Origin: Negaprion brevirostris
Lineage: Eukaryota
Assembly: GCA_030324005.1 (NCBI GenBank)
Contig: JARDVH010000143.1
Location: forward strand, 43,418,064-43,482,063
Direction of reading: 5' to 3'
DNA length: 64,000 nucleotides
Shown here: positions 38,396 through 52,539 of the stretch, piece after piece
Numbering within the stretch: the stretch's first letter is position 1
Layout of the letters: each line of letters begins with the position of its first letter
Program-made: the position numbers and the translations under genes
The notes under the pieces: model-generated
Told to the model about the DNA's origin: nothing
Database searches by the model: none
Seen by the model: only the letters and a program-made list of their open reading frames with translations

Positions 38396-39125
38396 ACACC
38401 CACCTGCCCCCTCACTCTGAAATCTGCCCACCTCATCCACACCTCCATCCCTCCCTGTCCACACACCACGCCCCCCACCATTCTTTACCCCCCTCCATCC
38501 ACTCCCTCCCCATGCTTGATCCGCACCCCTGCCATTTGTCCACTCCCTGCACCCCCATTCATTGCCTCCCTCCCCTCACAGATGTCACCATGCCAACCTC
38601 GACCATTCCCCCTGCTCCCCCGTTCTCCCCATCGTTCCCCTCCCCCCCGACCATTCCCCCTGCTCCCCCGTTNNNNNNNNNNNNNNNNNNNNNNNNNNNN
38701 NNNNNNNNNNNNNNNNNNNNNNNNNNNNNNNNNNNNNNNNNNNNNNNNNNNNNNNNNNNNNNNNNNNNNNNNNNNNNNNNNNNNNNNNNNNNNNNNNNNN
38801 NNNNNNNNNNNNNNNNNNNNNNNNNNNNNNNNNNNNNNNNNNNNNNNNNNNNNNNNNNNNNNNNNNNNNNNNNNNNNNNNNNNNNNNNNNNNNNNNNNNN
38901 NNNNNNNNNNNNNNNNNNNNNNNNNNNNNNNNNNNNNNNNNNNNNNNNNNNNNNNNNNNNNNNNNNNNNNNNNNNNNNNNNNNNNNNNNNNNNNNNNNNN
39001 NNNNNNNNNNNNNNCCACATCCTCACCCTTCGCTCCCTTCCTCTCATGCCACACCCCCTGCACCCTTGCCTGTCCCCTCCCCACGCTGCTCCTTACCAAA
39101 TCCCTCCCTCCCCAAACCCACCAAA
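38396..39125. repeat. C-rich low-complexity/minisatellite tract spanning a gap
   Basis: cgaccattccccctgctcccccgtt repeated at 38600 and 38648 (48-bp period); C-rich on both sides of the gap. Confidence 0.8.
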
Positions 39126-39985
39126 GCAATAGTATTGTAGCCAAACTTGCAGATGACATAAAATAAGTGGAAAGATAAGCTGTAAGGAGGACACAGACAG
39201 TTTACAAAGAGATATTGATAGGCTAAGTATGTGGGAAAATAATTGCAAATGGACTATAATGTGGGAAAATGTGAAGTTGTTCATTTAGGAAATGGAGAAC
39301 AGAAGAACCAAGCATTACTTAACGCTGCAACATAAAGGGACCAGGGGATCCTTGTGCATGAAACACAAAGCTAGCACACAAATGCAGCAGGAATCAGGAA
39401 TGAAATCTTGGCCCTTATTTCAAGGAGGTTAGAGTACAAGAATAGGGAAGGCCTGTTACAACTATGCGAGGCACAGGTGAGACCACATCTGGAATTCTGA
39501 CAGCAGTTTTGGTCCCCTTAAAGAAAGATCATTTCATTGGAGACAGTTCAGAGAAGTCTCACTAGGATGATCCCTGATATGGGGAAGTTGTCTTATGAGG
39601 AAAGGTTAAACAGTTTAGGACTCAACTCATTGGAATTTAGAAGAATGGCAGGTAAATGTAATTCAAACATATAAGATTCTTATGGGGCTTGACAGGGTAA
39701 ATGCTAAGAGGATGCTTCTCCTCATAGGAGAGTCTACAACCAGAAGGCACGGTCTCAAAATAAAGGGGCACCACTTTCAGAAAAGATGAGGAAGAAGTTC
39801 TTCTCTCAGGTTGTTGACAGTCTTTAGATAGTTTTTTTCCCCCAGTAAGGGAATCAACGGTTACAGGGAAAGAGCAAGAAGGTGGACATGAGGAATGCTG
39901 GATCAGCATGATCCTATTAAATGGTGCAGCAGGCTCGAGGGGCCAAGTGGCCTCCTCCTGTTCCTATTTCTTATATTCTTATGTT
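39125..39985 (+). mobile_element. CR1 LINE 3' portion
   Basis: VAKLADDIK, LQRDIDRL..W, gtgagaccacatctggaa (VRPHLE) and tail gcaggctcgagggggccaagtggcctcctcctgttcctatttcttat. Confidence 0.9.
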
Positions 39986-42900
39986 TGTGTTCTCTTGTAC
40001 ACCAGGAAATTCACAAATACATTAGTTTCTGAAGTCTAGCTGTGTAATTTTCATCATTTCAAAAGTATAATAGTATTTAGTATTCAGAAAACAGCAGAGG
40101 GGAGCAACAACAATTCTACAACTGATGACCATGTAGGAATGAATTATTGAATTATAGAGTCAGATCTCAGGAGACAAGCTCAATTACTGTCCAAAATTGA
40201 GTATTTCAATTGCCAGGAGAACTAGCAAATTAGACTAACTGAGGCCACTTCTACTCGAGTGAGAACATTCCCCTATCAAAAAGTCCATCGAAACATGAAC
40301 ATACAAGCAGAAACAGCTCACAAATGAACCTCTATACAACAGCCCCACAGAATGACTTTAATTGGTACTACAGAACTGAAAATATGATACTGCTATAAAT
40401 TTCACACCAGAGTGTGGCAGCATTTTCTCTGAAGTTCTTAAACATCAAGTAACTGACTTCATCTATCTCCACCTATTTCCAAACTCAGGCTGCCCAAAAT
40501 TCTGACTTTTATCAACTATTGCTTTTCCAGTTGCAGATACATCAGGCTTGGCTGTGTCACATGATGGAACCATCTAATCACTCAGACATCTGATCCATAA
40601 TATGAACACTGAGAACCAACAAATAAATCAATGAAGTCTAGAGGTGATGTCAGAGTATTAAAAGAAGCCAGTTGAGTTCCATGGTGGTATTCCACAGTAG
40701 GATTTTTTGGCATGGAGCAGACGCCTTCCATAAATCACAATTTTCGACACAGACTTAGCCTTAGCCTTAATTCTCTATGAAAATAAGCCTAGTTATCCAT
40801 CTATTTTATTGATAAAATCCCAGTTCACCAAATTCTCTGTAATTTCTGCCTATTTTTCAATGGTAATTTGCACTTGACCGCAGCCTCCTGCGGTCAATTA
40901 AAAGCCTGCCTCAGTACAGTTGACCACCCATGCACCAAACTCTCAATGGACTCTTCAGAGCAGTGGTTCTCAATCCATGTCAAAAGGGCAATTGGAATCA
41001 TGCCAAGATGAGCAGACTGTTTAAGTGTTAATTTCAATTTGATTCACATTTCCTTTAAGCCTGTTTTTAAATTTCTATTTCTCTCATCCTGCCTCAGTTG
41101 AAAAATCCAACACTTGCCACGTTTATCGGCTGTAACTGGGGACATGACCATGACCTCTGCTGATCCATTCCTGTGTAAAGTGGATCTACAGCGGGACTGG
41201 ATACACCGGAATATTAACAAATTACTGTCCCTTGCGCAGTCTCGCAACTGTGGAATCAGTCCATTCAGGTGAGTATGTCCCTGTTTCTCCTTCTTATGCC
41301 TTTTCTTTCTAACCCGTCCTGATTTTTCAATTTGATAAACATTTTTTCCCTGTAAATCAATTTTCTGGGAATACCATTAATTATTAGTGTTGAAACATCA
41401 GTGTTATTCCTATGTTCATGAATTAGTCCTTTTAAAGGTTGTAAGTAACATCCTGACACATAAGTACAGCAGTTGTTGCATCTTTGGTAGCTACCTTCTC
41501 AATATGTTGTGTTTAGAGAACACAGCAGCATTGACCTACTCATTTTATTAAAAGCCGCAAAAGTGCCTCTACCCTGCTCTTACAACTCTTGTCTTGCCAC
41601 AGCTCTCACTAGGGGAACACACCAAATTTGATGAGTCAAAATAAAGTCACAGTGATTAAAGGTTTGGGAAACATTCGTCAAGAGAGACAGTAATTCACAT
41701 ATTGCTCTTGTGCCAAGGGATTACAATTGCTCATACAAAAAGCTGAAGGAATAAGAATCTATCGTCCACACAAATTGAAACAAGCCCAACATCATTCAGA
41801 ACAATCATTGGAACTTGTCTTCTTTCAGGTCTTAATCAAATTTCATCCTTCCCCAACAAGCTGAACAGAATTAGTATCCACAGGCTAACTTGCAGTTTCA
41901 GAAAAGGAGGTAGCCAACTCCACAGTTTAAAAATTTATTTGATAAATACCTAGTCCCAAGTGAGGAGCATGACTAATTACAAGGAGGAAAATACATCTGG
42001 GGGAATAAAAAATACAATTGCTTTAAATTCAGTATGCATGATTATTTTTCCTCTAAAATCTAAGGACTAGCTCATTGATCTATAAAGATTGCATTGTGAT
42101 GATTTGATGCCACAAGTTCTCTTCAGGTCCGTATGAGGATTGAAAATATTTATGTTTGAATGCTAGTTTCCCACACTTGATGCCACTGACCATTATCGTT
42201 TGTGAATCTCTCATCCCATGACCCAGAGTGTGCTTTAAGCCGACTTAACATTTATATGAATGATCATGTGATGAAATCTGGATCTCGAGAGAACCCTTAC
42301 TCTGTGCACTAGTTGGTGAAGTTTACTACATCTGTCACGTCATTCTTCTCTCTTCAGAATGCAGACTAAGCCAGAATAAGACTCCAAAGGAACAGGTGGC
42401 TTATTTTGGCAAGTGAACTGCATGGGATGAAAAACTGAAATACACTTTATTCTCTGGTATATAGGAAATAATAGATATGACTGACTGTCTTAATGGTTTT
42501 AAAAACAGATGTTTATTTGCTACAACTTTAATGTGTCCCACTTTGAAAACTAAACTCTCCTGCTGCTGGCTGGAATGCTCAAGTTGTCTCTGCTCAGTGA
42601 AACAAGATCTCCTGACAAGAATACTTCAACCCTTAGTTTTCTGATTCAAAAAGGAATAGACAACTGTTTCTAATAACCATATCAGCCAAATATAAACAGT
42701 TGATTTCACTTATCAGCCCTGAATGGGTTATACTGTCGATCATATCAAAACCTATAATTAAACAGGCTGCCTTGGCTTTTTAAACAATTAAGTTCTTGGT
42801 CATTCTGCTGTGCTTTTCTGACAGATTGTGAAGGCAAATGCAGACAACTTTCTTTGCACTTCAGCCATAAAGATTTACAGCATAAAAACCTGTCCCACAA

Positions 42901-43149
42901 TTTAAGATCTCCTCAAGCACTGACTTTGTGCCGGTTTATTTACAAGATGCAACTGTTTCTGCATCAATCATTTCTGGTGGTAAAGCAGTCCTCCTCTCTC
43001 TGCAGAACAAATCTTCTTCCCATTCTCTTAATTTTGAATCAATGGCTATTCCTACTTGCATATTTAAGTCTTTCCTTATACAGTCGAACCAAATTACTCA
43101 ATCTGAATAAAAATTATTATAGCCTTCTATGCTTTAATGGCTAATAGCC

Positions 43150-43620
43150 TCGAGATCTCAAGTCCTTCAATAATTCAACGTTGACCAAACCAAAACTTCA
43201 ATGATTCCTGGATATGGGAGTGGTGTTGGAGGAGTAGGACATTGCAAATGTTTCTTCTCTTTTTGGAACAGGTATGCAAGATAGACAAAGCAATTATAGG
43301 TCGGTCAGCATTGGGGAAACTTGGAAAAGCGATTTTTGGGAGCAAGATTGTCACTTTGAAGTGCGTAGGCAAATAAATGATAGCTAACAAGGATTTGTTA
43401 AAGGTAAATCGTATCTGACTAACTTGGTTACGTGCTATGAAATTGCAAAGATTGATAAAGTGAATGCAGTTGATACTGCAATACAACAGAACAATTTAAA
43501 AACTGAAGCCCGTGAGATGGAAGTGACAGCACCAGATTGGAAATAAAATTGGCTGAGGTACAGAGAGCAAAGAGTAGTGATCAATGGCAGTTTTTTGAAC
43601 CAGAGGAACGTATTCAGCAT
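43150..43620 (+). mobile_element. Decayed CR1 RT fragment
   Basis: ggacattgcaaatgtttcttctctttt, aattataggtcggtcagc, ggatttgttaaaggtaaatcgtatctgactaac (GFVKGKS.LTN). Confidence 0.7.
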
Positions 43621-43804
43621 GTTTTCTTGGGGTCAGAGTTAGAATCACTGCACTTTTCAACAGTACAAAATAGCGTAGCCCAGATCCATTGCTGATCATC
43701 TGTATTTTCATGTGTCTGTCAATCAACCTCCTATGCATACTGCTTTTACATTTCTGGCAAACATCTTGAGAAAAAGCTTATGAAATTCCTTGCATACCAC
43801 ATAG

Positions 43805-44270
43805 ATCAAAGAACAAAGAAAATTACAGCACAGGAACAGGCCCTTCGGCCCTCCAAGCCTGCACCGGCCATGCTGCCGATTGAAATAAAAGCCCTACTCT
43901 TCCAGGGATCATATCCCTCTATTCCCAATCCATTCACGATTTGTGCAGACGCCCCTTAAAAGTCACGATTGCATCTGCTTCCACGATCTCCTCCAGTAGT
44001 AGAAACAACCACCACTGAGCAAAAAACTTGCCTTGTGCATCTCCTTTAAACCTTACCCCTTGCACATTAAACCTATGCCCATTAGTAATCAACTCTTCCA
44101 CCTCAGAGAATAGCTTCTGACTATCCACCTGGTCCATGCTTCTCATCTCTACACTTCTCATCTCCACATCTCCTTTAAAAATCCAGTCACTTCTCTAAAA
44201 GAAATTAAATTTGTCACAAGATTGGCCTTTAGTAAAGCTGTGCTGGCTGCCCTTGATTAACACATATATT
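43805..44270 (-). mobile_element. CR1 3' end plus an adjoining RT remnant
   Basis: aaagaacaaagaaaattacagcacaggaacaggcccttcggccctccaagcctgcacc; MDQVDSQKLF..GHRFNVQG.RFKGD. Confidence 0.85.
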
Positions 44271-44949
44271 ATCTCAAAGGACTTAATATTCCTTTTTATA
44301 TTATTTGCTGTGGTCTTTATTCATACTTTTTCTTCAGCCCTTTTCACCTTTCCATTAAAGGTAGCATAATAATTTTCTTATTATTAGTCCTAACATCAGT
44401 TTTGTTATTATCTCTAATGCAGAGTTGTGACTCTTTGAAATTAGCTATCCCAGTGGATTGTGGACATGTCATCATTGACTATATCAAAAGATGGGATAGA
44501 TAAATTTTTGATCTTTCAAGGAATGAAGCAATATGGAAAGGTGGGAAGGTGGAGCTAAGGAAGATCAGCCATGAGGACCCAGTAAGGTCTACTCCTGCTT
44601 TTGCTCTATTATGTAAATATCAATACTGTGTCAATCTTTATCCATTTTAAATTTTCATGCTCACATTTAGAATATAGTATACTATAATTGCACACCCTTA
44701 CTACTGGAAAGGCCAGTGATAGGGTGAAACTGAAGTAAGACAAGTTTGCAGGTGTAGTTTTCATTACACATGTGGAAGTGCAAACTTATGATGGTAATAT
44801 GTATATAATTAAAAAAAAAAATTTATAGTTTAAGAGGCTTCAAAATCATTTGTGGGCCCTGGTCCAATTTAGTGTCCATTTTTGTTCAACAGTACTTCTG
44901 AGGCACCTTAGAATATTTTCTTGCATTTAAGATAGTAAATTAAAACACA

Positions 44950-45250
44950 AGAGATAGAAGCAGGAGCAAACCATACAGCCTGTTGAGTGCCTCCACCATT
45001 CAATATGATCACAATTAATCTGGGATTTCTCCCATCCATTCCTCTTGGCTCCTGGAGAACCCAAAAATCTATGTATCCCAGTCTTCAATGTATTCAAATG
45101 GAACATCCACAGCTCTCTGGAGTAGAGAATTCCAAAGACACACAACCCTTCAAGGGATTCAATTTCAGCCTCTTGCCTGAAACTGCACCACGTTTTAGAT
45201 TTCCAACCAGTGGATACAAATCTATCAAGCTCCTTCAAACTCATGCATTT
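44950..45250 (-). mobile_element. CR1 3' end fragment
   Basis: atagaagcaggagcaaaccatacagcc...ctccaccattcaatatgatc...ctctctggagtagagaattccaaaga. Confidence 0.75.
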
Positions 45251-45399
45251 TTTTCAAACTGACTTAAGTGAAAAAAAAAAGCTCTTTTTTAAAAATTGAT
45301 TTACATTGCTTTCCTAACTGCCAAACCTTTAGAATCTGCAGAAAACTTAGGATATGCCCCGACACAAAATAATTTTGAAGAGTGTGGAAAAGTAAGGCG

Positions 45400-45496
45400 A
45401 TTGGCTTTTGCTACCAAATAAACCTGTTGGACTTTCACCTGGTGTTGCGAGACTTCTTCCTGTGCCTACCCCAGTCCAACATCAGCATCTCCACAA
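45400..45496 (+). mobile_element. Penelope-like pLTR terminus
   Basis: ggcttttgctaccaaataaacctgttggactttcacctggtgttgcgagacttcttcctgtgcctaccccagtccaacatcagcatctccaca; reverse-complement match to 54741-54825. Confidence 0.75.
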
Positions 45497-45932
45497 TTTA
45501 AGACAAGACAGACCTGCATCCATAGCCTTCAGGATCAAACCTGATGCTATCAGCACCATCAAACATTGTGCGTTTATGCATGCACTCTGCTGATAGAGAG
45601 GTGCAATTGGAGTCTGTGTGGCATATGGTTTACTGTGTACAATCCTGACTTGCCCTGTATTCCCATATTCCCATACTTCTAATCTACCTCTATTTGTCAG
45701 CATAGGCACTGTGGTTTTGTCTATGTACATGGATACATAGGCAAATGTTTTCACCAACATTAGTGTAACAGAGGTGGTTCAACAACTTCAGAACAATAAA
45801 TTTTGTTAGCTAAGATGGGCATCTTTTCATTTGTCTGCGATTCTGTATGATGAACTTCAATAAGTTGGTGTATTTGATGTTTTTACATCAACATTTAACC
45901 TTCAAAATGTCATTCTCTAGGCAGATAATTAC

Positions 45933-46087
45933 CTGTGTTCTGTATCCTCCATGTTTTGGTGAACTGGGTGTCAGGTGGAACAGACTCCCCCTCTCCTATT
46001 GTAACATCTTCTACAAATGACATAGAAGGTGCATTTATATTTGGGCTTTCAAAGTCATAGTAAGCACCAATGGCAGCCTGCAAATTC
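45933..46087 (-). CDS. ILRUN: ILRUN (C6orf106) coding exon 2, 155 nt: end of UBA-like domain and start of NBR1-like FW domain
   Basis: Translates (W)NLQAAIGAYYDFESPNINAPSMSFVEDVTIGEGESVPPDTQFTKTWRIQNT(G), recognisably ILRUN; acceptor tgtttttcag|G and donor ACAG|gtaatt; phase 2 in, phase 1 out. Confidence 0.96.
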
Positions 46088-46359
46088 CTGAAAAACAAAA
46101 TAAAAGTTTCTCAATCAATTATCTGAAATCGACAAACATTTAATTTTTTTGAGATAACATACTGGAAGACCTGCATATAAATCCCCAGAAAACTGAATTC
46201 AAAAAGTATCACTGGGGGAAAAAAAGTTTGCCCGCACAACAAGGGCACAAACTTGATTTTACTTGGAACACAGAGCAAATAGCAAACACACAACAAACAA
46301 AGCACAACACCCAAAAAACAATAAACATTCATATATATACATATATATTGCATTTAACA

Positions 46360-46770
46360 TAGAAAATGCCCCATGATGTTTCAATGAGGTGTGAGCCTTT
46401 ATGAGTGGGTTAGGATAGGTGACTGAAATTTGGTCAAAGAGATGCATTTTAATTAGGCTTTTACTGAGGATGGATACTGGGACACCAACAAGGAGAAAGT
46501 TACAGAGGTTGAATCTAGAGATGATAAAGGGGTGCATAAGGGTTTTGTCAGAGTGAAGGTAAGACAGGAGTAGGAGTGGAAAGACAGGGGCAAAGGTGGA
46601 AGCAAACAGTCTTTGTAGTGGATATGAGGTTTAAAGCTCAACTATGGGTTTACCTGGATGCCATGGATGCGAGTAGTCTGGTTCAACATGAACAACCAAC
46701 CAGGGAAGGAGATGGATTCAATGGCTTCGAACATCCTGATTTTCAATTGTAGGAAATCCTGGCTCATCCA
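46360..46770 (-). mobile_element. L2 3' fragment
   Basis: ataggtgactgaaatttggtcaaagagatgcattttaatt..., aattgtaggaaatcctggctcatcca; mirrors the plus-strand L2 tail near 58000. Confidence 0.5.
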
Positions 46771-46774
46771 CAAC

Positions 46775-47560
46775 ATAAGAAGATAGGATCAGGAGTCGCC
46801 CATTCAGCCCCTCAAGCCTGTTTTACTATTCAATTCAATCACTGATGATCTATACCTCAATTACGTTTATCTTTGATCCATATTCCCTGATATATTTACC
46901 CAACTTTCTAAACTCAAGGGAATATGAGCCAAGCTGTCCTCTTAGTTTGAGCCTTTATGCTCAGATACATACTGCTGAATGTGCATCATACCCTCTACCA
47001 GGCTAATACAACCTTCCAGAAGCGTGGCATGCAAAAACTGAACACAGGACTCCAGTCAGCATTTAACCAGGTTCTGTCATCTGTCGAAAGCATAATTTCT
47101 TCCCCTTTGTTTCCATCTCCCCAAACCACACTACCCCCCCCCCCCCATCCCACCCCACCAAGCCCCCATGGTCCACATCTCCCATCTAGCATAAAAGCTA
47201 AAATTCCATCACCCATGTTAACTACTTTTTGCACTTGTACATAGTATTTTAGCATGCATATGTGGACACCCAAAACCCTTTATTCTTCCAGTTATTATTT
47301 GTCATTCTTGAATTCCAAGTGGATAATGCTCATTTTCCCACATTTAACTCCACCTGCTACAACTTTGAGCATTTGCTTAAGTTTGTTAATTGATCCTTTG
47401 AATTTCCTGCACCCCATCTACACAATTTACTCCAGCTCCTAATCTTGGTTTACCTGGAAACAGAGAAATGCAACTCTATTCCTGTATCCGAGACAGCCAC
47501 ATAGATGGTGAAACCCTGGGATCTGCATTTAGGTCTCTTGAGAATACCACATGTTATATC
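46775..47560 (-). mobile_element. Decayed CR1 3' portion
   Basis: aacataagaagataggatcaggagtcgcccattcagcccctcaagcctg tail; caaaaactgaacacaggactccag (LE.CVQFW remnant). Confidence 0.7.
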
Positions 47561-48839
47561 CTGCCAAATTTCTCAACTCTGTCTTCTTACCAATTCGCAA
47601 GAAAGTCGTATGCCAGCATAAGCATACATGGTTATGGGGTCAAATGAAGGGATGGACTATTACAATAAAGTGCCTTTAGGAAATGGATGGGAGCTTACCC
47701 TGTGAAAACAGGTGTAAGGAGGACAGTATACATGTTAGAGAGCAATAGAATACAGAGGAGAAATGGAAGGAAGCTTAGGATGGATCTTGGAGAGCTTGGA
47801 ATGGGACCATGCAGAAATGGGAAGGGTGCTAGCTATATTGAGATTAGGAGGAGTAGAATGATGCAAGAACGATCTCCTGAGGTGTATCAAAGAACAGAAG
47901 CAGCAAAACTGAAGTGTTCAACATGTCCAATCAAACATATTGAAGCAAGATGTCAGCTGGATTCCCAAATACAACCATGCTTTCAGAAAGCCACCAAGTG
48001 GAATTTTGCCATTAGGAGACGGATTCCTCATGATACATGACACAAATTTCAAAAGTAGCAAGTACTTGAGATCCAGTTGCCTTATCTTTCCTCTTTATGT
48101 AAGATGTAAGCCTACTTGTGACACTAAGAAATAAACTTAAAATATCGAAGTGAGTCATGTTCATTATTCTGTAAATTATTTTAGATCATATAGAAGCATG
48201 GAGAAAGACTGAACAGGACAGAAAAAGCAATGTACTGGATGTTATTCTTTCAGCTTTTCTCTTCAAGCCAATATTTCTCCCATTGTTCATCCTCAAGTTA
48301 ATTCCTTCCAGATGGCAACACAGACACAAATTATTGTTCAATCTTGTATCCAAAAGGCCATTAACATCAGGTAGTTATACCATCAGAACCACAACTGATC
48401 CTGTCCTCATCAGTTTAGTATATATTACTGAATAATCACCTGCAGCAAAAATCTTCAATCTGTCTCCCACCTTAAATCAGGATGTGGAAGCTAACTTGAT
48501 GGTCTCTACCCTGAACCCATTCCACTGCTGGGATCAGGAAACAGAGCTCAGAGCAGATATCAAATCACAAACCATTTGGANNNNNNNNNNNNNNNNNNNN
48601 NNNNNNNNNNNNNNNNNNNNNNNNNNNNNNNNCATCATTATTTTGGCACAAACAAATCTCAAACTAAACATTTACACTGTTAATTGTGTTTTAAATTACA
48701 TCAGTAAAGATAACAACTGCGGAATAGCAGCAAAGTCACAACCTCAATGGACAAATAAATTGAGCAATTGTGGAACTGCTTAAGATGTCAGTACTAAAAA
48801 TTTTTTGGAACAAAAGATAGCAGGATTGTCAAACAATAG

Positions 48840-51190
48840 GACCATAGAAATGTTATGGCATAGAAAGAGGCCATTCAGCCCATTGTGTCCGCACCAGCCA
48901 AATAGAGAGAGAAAAGAAACTAGCCGCTCACATTGCAGAACCTGGTCTGCAGCCTTGCAGCACTCCAGATACAGGTCAGGTATCTTTTAAATGAGTTGAA
49001 CATTTCAGCCTAATCCACAATTCAGACATTGAATTCCAGATACCACGACTCTCAGGGTGGAAAGGATTTCCCCTCATGTCCCCTCTAATCCTCTACCGAC
49101 CACCTTAAATCGATGTCTCTAGAAATTGATCCCTCATCTTAGGAAACAGATCTCTCCTGTTAACCTCCAATTTTGTATACCTTAATAAGGTTACCTCTCA
49201 ACCTCCTCTATTCAAAGAGAAACAACCCTAGCCTATCCAATCTTTGCTCATAGCTGCAATTTTCAAGCCCTGATAACTTTCTTGTAAGTCTCCTCTGCAC
49301 TCTCTCCAGAACAATTACGTCCTCCTAGTGATTTAAACTGTGCACACAATTCCAACTGATCAGCATTTTACACAGCTCCATCACTAAATCCCTGCTTCAG
49401 TCTTCAATACCTTGCCCAATAGAAGAAAGCTTTTCATGTGTTTTCTTGATCTCCTTGTCCAGCTGTCCTGCCACATTCAGGGATCTGTTGATATGCACTT
49501 CAAAGTGTCTCACTTCCTCTCTCGAANNNNNNNNNNNNNNNNNNNNNNNNNNNNNNNNNNNNNNNNNNNNNNNNNNNNNNNNNNNNNNNNNNNNNNNNNN
49601 NNNNNNNNNNNNNNNNNNNNNNNNNNNNNNNNNNNNNNNNNNNNNNNNNNNNNNNNNNNNNNNNNNNNNNNNNNNNNNNNNNNTAACTACACAGCCAATT
49701 TTTGTTCCATCTTCAAATTTCCCAATCATGCCCCCCACATTGAAGTGCAAATCACTGATAAATATAAATAGCAAGGACCCCAACACAGAGAAATGTGGAA
49801 TGCCATTAGAAATCACTTTCCATTCACGGAAACATCCATCCAACATTACTCTTTGTTTTCTGTCGCTGAACCAATATTGGATCCAACTTGCCACCTACCA
49901 CTATGAAATTTCACTTTTCTGACTGGTCTGCCATGTGGAACCTCGTCACATGCCTTACTAAAATCCATGTGAACAACATGTGCTGCGCTACCCCCATCAA
50001 CATTCATCTGCTTTCTCAAAACATTTGATTAAGTTAGCAAGACACAATCATGATGACTAGTCCAGATCACACTGTGCCTAAGTGACAGTTTACCCTGTTT
50101 CTCCAAATTGATTCCAATAATTTTCCCGCGAGCAAAGTCAGACTGACCAGCCTACAATTTTTCTGGCCTATCCTCTACACCTTTTTAAAATAATGGTACA
50201 AAATTTGGAGACCTCCAATTCTTTGATATTTTGCCTGTATCCAGTGAGGATTGGAAAATGATCCTCTGAGCACCCACTGTATTTCCTACCTGACTTCTTT
50301 TAACAGCCTGGGATTCAATCAATTTGGCTATGATTTATCCATCTTCAAGGGCATAAGTCCCTCCAGTATTACTACTCTCGTTATGCCTATTGTGCCTAAT
50401 ATTTCAGCCTCCTCTTTAACTAGACTGTCTGCATCATCCCTCTCCTTCATGAAGACAAAGTACTCACTGAGAACTCTGCCCACATCTTCTGCATCAACGC
50501 ATAAGTCACCACGTGCATCTCTGATAGGCCCTATTCTCAAGCTCTTTATGAAGTGGTGAAATTTGGTTTTCTTTCATTTTACATGCCAGTATTTTCTCAT
50601 ATCCTTTCTTTGCTTTCCTAATTTTACTTCATTACTGTACTTTCTCTACTTCAAAGTTTTTTACAATATAAAGCTTTTGATTGTCAATCTTTTTTTCTGC
50701 AAAATCTTTCCCTTTACGCTTCTGGAAAGCCTGGGGCCCTAGATTTGGCAATACCATTATTTTTCTTTGTGGGGACTTGACTAAACAGAATCTCATTGTT
50801 AAATGCCTACCACTGATTTGACACACTTTTCTGTTCTAGTAACTGTATCCAGTCCACTTTCATGAGTTCAGCTTGGTAAAATTTGCCTTCCTCCAAATTA
50901 CAGCCTTCGCTCCTTTTCTATTTTTGTCCTTTTCTCATAATGATGCTAAATCTAACTATATTATGGTCACTGCCTCCAAGGTGGTTGCATATCCATTTCT
51001 ACTTCTACAAATTGCCCAGCTTAATTTTTTAAGATTAAATCTAGAATTGCGCCCCCTCTCATTGGGCTTGTTAAAAGGTAGCTAAAAAGTTCTCTTCAAT
51101 GCAGTTCAAGAATTTTGTGCCCTCTGTGCTCTTCACACTGTTCATATCCCAGTTGATAATACTGTAGTTCAAGTCTCCAACTATTTCTGC
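48840..51190 (-). mobile_element. Long decayed CR1 LINE ORF2 fragment
   Basis: WIQYWFSDRKQRVMLDG..W..NGIPH.SVLG.LLF..GKFEDGTKIG; RIGPIRDARGDLCVDAEDVGRVLSEYF; 3' tail at about 48845. Confidence 0.88.
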
Positions 51191-52539
51191 CCGAATATCG
51201 GAGACCACAGACAACAATTTTCCCCCCTTCAGGGTCAGCTCAAAAGGAAATATTTATCTTCCTTGTAGCATCTTAAAAACATTTTGACATCAAAACTGAT
51301 CTCTAGATTCAAAAAAATAAAGCTCCCAAATAAAAGTGAGTATTTTCTATTGCTGGTCTAAAAGCCAATTAAGAAAACAAGTCTCTCAAATCAGTTGGAA
51401 GATGATACGACAGTGAGCTTGTCAGTTAGTGCACTAGACCCAATCTGAGAAAGCAAGTTTGAGTTGCTGATAGCCTAAAAGCTTCCATCTGCTCAATGCA
51501 CCCGTATTTAAACTGGCAGGGCTGTTGTTATAGCGGCACCAGTGTGCCACATTGTGATTAAACATTTTTAATTAGAAAAGCAAAAACAAATGATATATTT
51601 TTAGTGTGCATGAGAAGTAAATTTCAGATAACTCAAGCTTGAGATGGAATTCAATACATGACACTCGAAAAATTAGTTAATTTTGTTAAGGGTTTGCAAA
51701 TTCTAACATTAGCCGTAATGTCATAACTTTAAGAACATTGTTCCTCTATACGTATTAACTACCCTGATATGGATGCAGGATACTTTGGGTTTGAGTTATT
51801 ATTCCATTTGGTTTCTTAAAATATGTACATCACCATTAGCAAATCTTCTACTAGTGATCTTTTGTATCTACTGAAATTGTGCAGCTTGTCATTCTGATGA
51901 CTCTCTTTTTATCTCTACCCAGTAAACCCCACAACTAATCCCATTCTGTTTAGGTGGGCCAGTTCCAAGGGACTGCTGAAGCAAGCAGTGGAACTTAAGC
52001 TGTGCAGTTTTAACAGGTTATCAGCAGCAAATATTGCAAACACTTCTTGTTGATAGCTAGTGTATTTTTGGGAGGATTCGAGCACAGTAGCAAATTCATA
52101 CAACAGCCAAAATTTCCATGAATTCACTTCACCAGCAAGGTGTCCATGAGGTCCTACTATAATGAGGGTCCATTTTCTTCAAGACTTTAAAGTAGCATTT
52201 TTCATTACCAGACAGATGCAAAGTTCTAACACCCATAAATAAGCACGAGAATTCTCCAATTTAAAAACTTCTGCAGCTCAAACCTCNNNNNNNNNNNNNN
52301 NNNNNNNCCTCATCAAGACACATTTTCAGGAGCTAGAATGGATGAACCTGAATTGATGCATCTTATTTTGTGCCTGCTCATATTTCTTTCAGTGCCACAC
52401 AGAGCTCACAGACCATCAGCAATATTCCACCAGCCATCCTCCTTTAATGTTATTGCACAAATTAAGTGTCTATCCCTTAATGTACAGGACTTGGTATAAA
52501 TGTGTATGTTCGATACTGCTGCCATGCTGCCATAGTGGA

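Noticed and set aside
17921-39166. Long ORFs in the track (e.g. 21130-21846, 21169-21936, 38351-39166)
   Set aside because: Their length comes from N runs or C-rich low complexity; the real residues are CR1 or SINE remnants.
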